Assembly (NCBI GenBank): GCA_050287085.1
Contig: JBNKBE010000003.1
Coordinates: 79,350-143,349, forward strand
Length of the DNA: 64,000 bases
Source of the DNA: Polyangiaceae bacterium
Lineage (GTDB): Bacteria > Myxococcota_A > Polyangia > Polyangiales > Polyangiaceae
Direction: 5' to 3'
Made by a program: the position numbers and the translations under genes. Below, piece by piece: positions 58,278-64,000 of the stretch; the stretch's first letter is position 1; the number at the start of each line of letters is the position of its first letter. Below the pieces are notes generated by a model. The model saw only the letters and a list, made by a program, of their open reading frames with translations, was not told where the DNA came from and ran no database searches.

Positions 58278-59114
58278 GTGGCAAGATTGTTCGGATTCAT
58301 TTCTAACCGCACAGACCTTGGCCCTCGCCTACTCAAGGCCAAAGCTCGCGTTCTGGCCGAGCATCGCGGGGCAGCTCAGCGTTTGGGTTGGGGTGTCGGC
58401 TTCTTTCAAGGGGGCGAGCTTCTGCTGCGCCGCCGGCCGATTGACGAGCGGGAAACCATCGATCCATCACGCTTTGGCGAACACCTGAAGTCGGACCTCG
58501 CGATCGGTCACGTGAGAACGCCCACGGTGGGCAATCTGCGAACGGAAAACACTCACCCCTTTCGCTATCGGCATTGGTTATTCGCGCATACCGGCACGCT
58601 CGCTGAGTCAGAAGACCTGCGCGCGAGCATGGCTGAATCGCTGCCGGACTTCTTGAAACCCAATCGCCGCGGAGACACCGACAGCGAGTTGCTCTTCTAC
58701 ATGATCTTGAGCGCACTTCACGCTGGAGGACACCTGGAGCGAGAGGCCTCAGCGCCAGCCAGCATCCGGGCGGCGATCCGCGAGGCTTTGTCTCTAGTCG
58801 ATAGCCTCGCCGCAAAACTGGGCACGAGCGCTGGCGGCGGCGACCTACTGCTTACCGACGGCGAAACGCTCATCGCCGCGCACCAAAGCGGAACCCTCTT
58901 CACCTACGTGGCCAACACTGAGCAAGAATGCCGTCAGCTCTTGGCGAGCCAGGCAGAACACGTACCAAACTCCCATCTGGCCCACGCTCGCGCGAGCTTG
59001 ATCGCGGGTCCAATTGCCGCCGGCGCAGCTCATGAAGAGGGGTTTCGCTCCGTCCCCGAGCGTTCTCTCGTGACGCTCACCCGTTCCACCGAGCCGGACT
59101 TCGAGGGGATCTGA
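58278..59114 (+). CDS. Class II glutamine amidotransferase (EgtC/YafJ-like) fold protein lacking the catalytic Cys
   Basis: MARLFG (usually MCRLFG), GWGVGF, GHVR, NTHPF, FAHTG, GDTDSE. Confidence 0.85.
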   Translation: MARLFGFISNRTDLGPRLLKAKARVLAEHRGAAQRLGWGVGFFQGGELLLRRRPIDERETIDPSRFGEHLKSDLAIGHVRTPTVGNLRTENTHPFRYRHWLFAHTGTLAESEDLRASMAESLPDFLKPNRRGDTDSELLFYMILSALHAGGHLEREASAPASIRAAIREALSLVDSLAAKLGTSAGGGDLLLTDGETLIAAHQSGTLFTYVANTEQECRQLLASQAEHVPNSHLAHARASLIAGPIAAGAAHEEGFRSVPERSLVTLTRSTEPDFEGI

Positions 59115-59128
59115 GGCCCGCTGGTCTC

Positions 59129-59731
59129 TTGCTCCTGGCGGCCGGCGAGCATGCTGGGTTCCGCTTCGCCGCAAGCGTGGCGAGCGGCGCCGCGGCAGCA
59201 CTAGTGGGCTGCTCGCCACTTGCACCCCAGGTCTTGGTGCCCCCGGCGCCCCCTGCGACTCCTGTGGCCAGGGAACACCACGATTCGGCCGCGACGCAAG
59301 AGCAGCTTGCCCCACCCTCGGCTGAAGCCATGGTGCAACTCGCGCGGGAATACTTCGCCGCGGTTCGTTCCGGCTCTGCGCAGGCGCTTGAAGCCACGAT
59401 CACCCGAGACGCCGAGCTCGAGACCCGAAGCGGCCAGGGTTCGGTGACGACCATCTGGAAGCAGCGGTCTTCAGAATCGGCCCTGGCGGCGCTCGCCATT
59501 CCGACCGAACTTGAAGTCATCCCGCCCCGTCCCTCAGGCGGGACCTGGCTCGGTAGCCCAGCGCCCACCGCTGTCCACCCGGATGCCTGGGTGATCCACG
59601 CCCATGTTCCCGACGCGGAAGTGCTCTTGGGCAGCGGCGCCGAGCACTACCTATTCATCGAACAATCCGAACAAGAGCTGCTCATCGGCTACGTCCTCGA
59701 AAGCCAATACCCGCTTACATTCCAGCCTTGA
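59129..59731 (+). CDS. Hypothetical lipoprotein
   Basis: LVGC lipobox, Pro-rich linker, NTF2-like opening helix (AREYFAAVRSGS); start uncertain. Confidence 0.5.
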   Translation: MLLAAGEHAGFRFAASVASGAAAALVGCSPLAPQVLVPPAPPATPVAREHHDSAATQEQLAPPSAEAMVQLAREYFAAVRSGSAQALEATITRDAELETRSGQGSVTTIWKQRSSESALAALAIPTELEVIPPRPSGGTWLGSPAPTAVHPDAWVIHAHVPDAEVLLGSGAEHYLFIEQSEQELLIGYVLESQYPLTFQP

Positions 59732-60185
59732 TCAGAAACGCCTCACCCTTCGGCACCAATTGGAGCCGATTCTCAGCAACTGCCCGCTGCCACTTGTCCC
59801 CCTCGTCGGTCGGCAATTGGTAGCTGGCGCTGTAGGTGTAGTCGACCAATACTTCCCCGTCGCGCCCGGGCGTCACACGACGATACCGAATCTCATAGCG
59901 TATCGCTTTCGACTGCACGAAACGCTCCGTCAGATACTGCTGCAAGCCCGTTCGGTCGATGTCATCGGACGCGTCGGTATTGCCGCCGTCCTCGTAGTAG
60001 TCCGGGTGCGCCATCGCGATCAGGGCAGAGACGTCCTTGTCTTCCACGGCGTGACGATACTGCTCACAGAACGCGACGATGTCACGGTTGCGAGGGGTAT
60101 CCTCGACATCCGTATTAGGAAGAAGCTGGGTCCGACACGCAGATGCGCTCAGTACAACGAGGAAGGCGAGTAGGGCCGGTTTCAT
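59715..60185 (-). CDS. NTF2/SnoaL-like fold lipoprotein
   Basis: SASAC lipobox; YRHAVEDKDVSALIAMAHPDY; C-terminal beta-strands. Confidence 0.75.
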   Translation of the reverse strand: MKPALLAFLVVLSASACRTQLLPNTDVEDTPRNRDIVAFCEQYRHAVEDKDVSALIAMAHPDYYEDGGNTDASDDIDRTGLQQYLTERFVQSKAIRYEIRYRRVTPGRDGEVLVDYTYSASYQLPTDEGDKWQRAVAENRLQLVPKGEAFLIKAGM

Positions 60186-60362
60186 GGCTTTACTGGAGGG
60201 TCAACACAGGCAACAACGCGGATGCGGCCATGCGTATTCCAAGCGACCGCTCTTCTAACGTGTTTGCCCAAGACCCGGGCAAAAAGTCACCGCCTCGCGC
60301 AACGCCCCTGGCCTCTGGGCCAAGGGCTGCAGCGAACTCCATGCGGCGGCCGTCGAGCAGCG

Positions 60363-61346
60363 TCAACCCTTTCCCACTGCCTCCAGAATCGCGCTGACGA
60401 TATCGGCGTGCGAGACCCCTTCCGCTTCCGCTCGATAGCCCAACACGACGCGGTGTCGAAGCGCGGCCAGAGCCAATGCTCTTACGTCGTCCAATTCCGC
60501 CACCGGCTGCCCCCGCAGAGCCGCCCTCGATTTGGCGGCCAGGACCAAGGCCTGACTCCCTCGCGGCCCGGCCCCGAAGCGGACGTATTGCTTGACCACA
60601 TCTGGAACCCCTCCCAGCTGCGGCCGAGTGGCTCTCACCAAGCGAACAGCGAGCGCGCTCGCTTCCTCCACGATCGGGATTCGGGGAATGAACTCTCCAA
60701 GTCTGAGTACATCCTCTAGCTCAACCACTCTCTGAATCTCGGGGGCCGGTCCCGACGTCGTCCTGCGGGCGATCTCCAGCTCTTCGGCCTCGCTCGGATA
60801 GTTGACGACGATCTCGAGCAAGAAGCGATCTAGCTGCGCCTCCGGTAGAGCGTAGGTCCCCTCCTGCTCGATCGGATTGCGCGTGGCAAAGACCTGAAAA
60901 GGCTGCGGCAAGGGGTGTGTGGTGCCCCCCACCGTGACGCAGCGTTCCTGCATGGCTTGAAGCAGCGCAGCCTGCGTCTTGGGCGGCGTACGGTTGATCT
61001 CGTCGGCCAGGACCAAGTTCTTGAAGATCGGCCCCGGCAAGAATTTGAGCTGACGCCGACCTTCGCCCGCGTCCGAAAGCGCATCTGCTCCGGTGATGTC
61101 AGCGGGCAGCAAGTCGGGGGTGAACTGCACCCGACCGAAGGAAAGGTGCAAGGCATCCGCCACCGACGACACGAGCAGTGTCTTGGCCAGGCCAGGGACG
61201 CCCACCAAGAGCGCGTGCCCACGCGCTAACAGCACTACAAGCATCTGCTCGAGTACGTCTTCTTGCCCGACCACAACTTGACCCACTGCTGTCCGCAAAC
61301 GGGTGGCGGTGTCTCGGCAGCGTTCCAGCAGTTCGAGGTCGGACAT
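60363..61346 (-). CDS. moxR: MoxR-family AAA+ ATPase
   Basis: GVPGLAKT, RVQFTPDLLPADITG, LADEINR, NPIEQEGTYALPEAQLDRF, GAGPRG. Confidence 0.95.
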   Translation of the reverse strand: MSDLELLERCRDTATRLRTAVGQVVVGQEDVLEQMLVVLLARGHALLVGVPGLAKTLLVSSVADALHLSFGRVQFTPDLLPADITGADALSDAGEGRRQLKFLPGPIFKNLVLADEINRTPPKTQAALLQAMQERCVTVGGTTHPLPQPFQVFATRNPIEQEGTYALPEAQLDRFLLEIVVNYPSEAEELEIARRTTSGPAPEIQRVVELEDVLRLGEFIPRIPIVEEASALAVRLVRATRPQLGGVPDVVKQYVRFGAGPRGSQALVLAAKSRAALRGQPVAELDDVRALALAALRHRVVLGYRAEAEGVSHADIVSAILEAVGKG

Positions 61347-61582
61347 GAACACCGGTCATAAACGCCCTCTCGGCTGGACGCCACTCCCAGCACGCCGAGG
61401 GCCGCGAACTATCCGGCCCCAAGCCGAACTGCAGGTCGGAGCCCTCGCTCAAGAGCTCCAACCCGCGATGCCGAAGGTCTCAGCAGGGGGAGCGCCCATC
61501 GATTTCTCTGGACGCCCACGAGACGCGAATAGAGTATCCGGTGCTCGTTCGTACCCGGCGGACGCGCCCCGTCTTGTTGCCT

Positions 61583-62548
61583 ATGAAGTTTGAACTGCGC
61601 CGAGTCATGCTGGCCATGCTCGCCGGTGTCGTTCTGTACGGGCTATTCGTCGCCTACACGGGTTTCTCCGAAATCACGGATAGTCTGCGACGCTTTGCCC
61701 CCGAGTACTTCGCGGCGGCCGTCCTGCTCGCCAGCGCCAACTATGCCCTGCGGATCGTGCGTTGGAACTACTATCTGCGTGTCCTGGGCATTGGGGGCAT
61801 ATCGCGACTGGACCGAGCGCTGCATTTCCTAAGCGGCTTCGTGCTGACGGTCACCCCTGGCAAGCTGGGTGAAGTATTCAAGAGCGCTGTCATGGCCGAA
61901 ACCCACGGGATCCCCCCGGAGCATAGCGCGCCCATCGTCATCGCGGAGCGCCTGGCAGACGTCATCAGCATCGTCTTGCTCCTGCTATTTGGGGCCGGCA
62001 CCTTTCCGGGAGGACTTCCCTGGGCGTTTGCGGGCGGCGGCGCGGTCGCTTTCGGCATGCTGTTGATCCTCTGGGAGCGCCCGGGCCGAATCGTCTTGGG
62101 CTACCTGGAGGGGACCTGGATGCGACGTATCGTTCCCCGCATCAACACGGCCTGGGCACACCTGCGCCACCTCGCAGGGCCGCGCCTGCTGCTGGTCCCA
62201 ACGGTCTTGGGACTCATCGGATGGGCCCTCGAGGGCACGGGTCTGATGCTGCTCATCTGGGGTTTCGGCGAGAGCATGACCTGGTCTACAGCGGCTTTCT
62301 TCTACGCCACAGCCACCCTTGCCGGAGCGCTGGTTCCCGTACCTGGCGGTCTCGGTGTCACCGAAACCTTAATGCAGCAGCAGCTAGTCCAACTCGGCGC
62401 CATCGAGCTGGGCAACGCGACCGCTGCCATGCTGCTACTGAGACTGGCAACCTTGTGGTGGGCCGTGCTTGTGGGGTTTGCAGCCTTGGGCATTCTAAAA
62501 CGCCGCTACCCACAGCTCTTGTCCAAAGCGGCGCCTGCGCGCCCCTAA
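61583..62548 (+). CDS. Lysylphosphatidylglycerol-synthase TM / flippase-like membrane protein
   Basis: LRIVRW, TPGKLGEVFK, ERLAD, PGGLGVTE, RLATLW; multiple TM helices. Confidence 0.85.
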   Translation: MKFELRRVMLAMLAGVVLYGLFVAYTGFSEITDSLRRFAPEYFAAAVLLASANYALRIVRWNYYLRVLGIGGISRLDRALHFLSGFVLTVTPGKLGEVFKSAVMAETHGIPPEHSAPIVIAERLADVISIVLLLLFGAGTFPGGLPWAFAGGGAVAFGMLLILWERPGRIVLGYLEGTWMRRIVPRINTAWAHLRHLAGPRLLLVPTVLGLIGWALEGTGLMLLIWGFGESMTWSTAAFFYATATLAGALVPVPGGLGVTETLMQQQLVQLGAIELGNATAAMLLLRLATLWWAVLVGFAALGILKRRYPQLLSKAAPARP

Positions 62549-62571
62549 GGGCCCCCAGTTGCCCCCGACCC

Positions 62572-63534
62572 TCATCGCAGCAATGCGCCGCTTGCTTCGG
62601 CCTGCCGCAGGGCGGCGAGGGTGTCGCTCATGTCGCTTGGTAGCGGCGAGACAAAAGCATGCGAACGCCCAGTGATCGGATGTTGGAAGCCCAATTCGGC
62701 GGCGTGCAGTGCCTGACGTTCCAGAACAATAAAAGCGCTCAATGAGGATGAGGGCTTGTAGCCGTACAGGACATCACCTAGCAGTGGCGTACCGCATTGC
62801 TCCGCTAGGTGAACGCGAATTTGATGGGTCCTGCCCGTTTCGAGCTTGCAGCGAACGAGAGCTGAGTGAGCTCCGAATGACTCGATGAGCGTCACATGCG
62901 TCACAGCTCGCTTGCCGGAGCTACCGCGAGACGTGAACCGAAGACGATCGACCGGATGGCGCCCGTGCCAGGTTTCGATCCGTGCCGTGGATGGTACACC
63001 GGACGTCAACGCGAGATAGCTGCGCTGAACCTGGCGGGACGAGAACTGCTCTTTGAGACCCTCACGAGCGGGAGCCGACTTGGCAACGACCAGCAATCCA
63101 CTCGTGTCCTTGTCGATTCGGTGCACAAGACCCGGTCGCAACGCCCCAGCTGGGTCCAGCGGATCAATGGTGCGTTCGAACGTAGGCAGCGCCAAGAGCC
63201 CGTTGATCAGCGTGCCAGACCAATGGCCCTTGGCCGGATGCACGACGAGGCCCGCGGGCTTGTCCACCACGATCAGGTGTTCGTCCTCGAATACACAGCT
63301 CACGTGCACCGTCGGATCGGGTACAGCTTCACTCGGCAGTGGGGGCGCTGGGTCGTATTCCACGACTTGCCCACTTCGCACCAACGTCTTGGGCTGGCAC
63401 CCGCCGCCATCCACGAGCACACGCTTGCCTTCGATCCAGCGTTGTACCTCCGCGCGGGTTCCGACCCGGCTTGCGGCCAGAAACTTGTCAACGCGAAGCG
63501 CCTTCGTCCCGACCGGCACTACGAGCCGCGGCAT
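62572..63534 (-). CDS. rluD: RluA/RluD-family 23S rRNA pseudouridine synthase
   Basis: S4 domain, VDKPAGLVVHP, VHRIDKDTSGL, TGRTHQIRVH, RQALHA. Confidence 0.93.
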   Translation of the reverse strand: MPRLVVPVGTKALRVDKFLAASRVGTRAEVQRWIEGKRVLVDGGGCQPKTLVRSGQVVEYDPAPPLPSEAVPDPTVHVSCVFEDEHLIVVDKPAGLVVHPAKGHWSGTLINGLLALPTFERTIDPLDPAGALRPGLVHRIDKDTSGLLVVAKSAPAREGLKEQFSSRQVQRSYLALTSGVPSTARIETWHGRHPVDRLRFTSRGSSGKRAVTHVTLIESFGAHSALVRCKLETGRTHQIRVHLAEQCGTPLLGDVLYGYKPSSSLSAFIVLERQALHAAELGFQHPITGRSHAFVSPLPSDMSDTLAALRQAEASGALLR

Positions 63535-63571
63535 CTAGGGGAGCTCCGGACGCCAGATGCTGCTTAACGAA

Positions 63572-63835
63572 TCACCACATCGGGCTTCGTACATGAGCCT
63601 TGGAGCGTACGAGGATGTCGACCAGCGCGCGATCGTAGAGGTTCTTATCGTAGAGGGCCGAACTAACACGGCTCTTATACAACGCGCGTCCCTCCTCTAT
63701 TTCCTCACTGAGCTCATCGAATAGGGAGTCACCCTCGATACCACGAACAATCTTTTCCTCGTTGTAGAGTGAAAGGTCACTTGCGATCGCCCGTGCGAGA
63801 CGACGAGCGGCTTCTTCGGTTTCGATGAGCGGCAT
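63572..63835 (-). CDS. romX: RomX, partner of RomR in the GEF complex for the MglA polarity GTPase
   Basis: 87 aa, RLARAIASDLSLYNEEKI.RGIE.D.LF....EEIEEGR.LYKSRVS...RSKAHV.S.W, matching Myxococcus RomX as I recall it; adjacent to rluD. Confidence 0.8.
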   Translation of the reverse strand: MPLIETEEAARRLARAIASDLSLYNEEKIVRGIEGDSLFDELSEEIEEGRALYKSRVSSALYDKNLYDRALVDILVRSKAHVRSPMW

Positions 63836-64000
63836 AGCGAGTTGTTGGCAGTATTGCCCCCAGGTCGGCTGCTGTCAAAAAAGCCGTGCGGCCAATGCGA
63901 CGGGCTCGAAAGCGGGGACCGCCGGACGCCTCCCCCTCACAGTGGAAACTTGGGTAGGACGCCGGACGCAAGGAGGTCAACGACAAGCTCGGCCTGGGGC

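Overview
GC-rich (roughly 65% by eye), gene-dense bacterial chromosome segment, most likely from a myxobacterium (Myxococcota, probably Polyangiales-like). This is inferred from romX next to rluD, a PEGA/TPR protein, a 2.3-kaa TPR protein, a vWA lipoprotein and about ten predicted lipoproteins. Most of the window is core or housekeeping DNA: lhr, gndA-gntK, pap, tRNA-Leu(GAG), lysS, pepP, lepA, an M16 peptidase pair, a phosphosugar mutase, rlmN, mazG, cysK, ygfZ, moxR and two pseudouridine synthases. I saw no integrase, transposase, phage or CRISPR element. The most notable items are: (1) a Cyc2-like fused monoheme cytochrome/beta-barrel gene divergent from a diheme lipoprotein; (2) a four-gene peptide-ligase/peptidase module (RimK-like ATP-grasp, C39 peptidase, GCS2 ligase, N-formylglutamate amidohydrolase); (3) a TAnnnT box exactly 6 nt before at least five start codons, suggesting leaderless mRNAs; (4) a probable 6S RNA near a Zn-ribbon/Tudor-like protein gene; (5) a class I LysRS coupled to a degenerate dehydrogenase; (6) tandem DxDxDG-repeat lipoproteins; (7) an amidotransferase-family protein lacking its catalytic Cys; (8) four near-perfect 16-18 bp minisatellites. 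All calls come from motif recognition by eye. No database searches were run.
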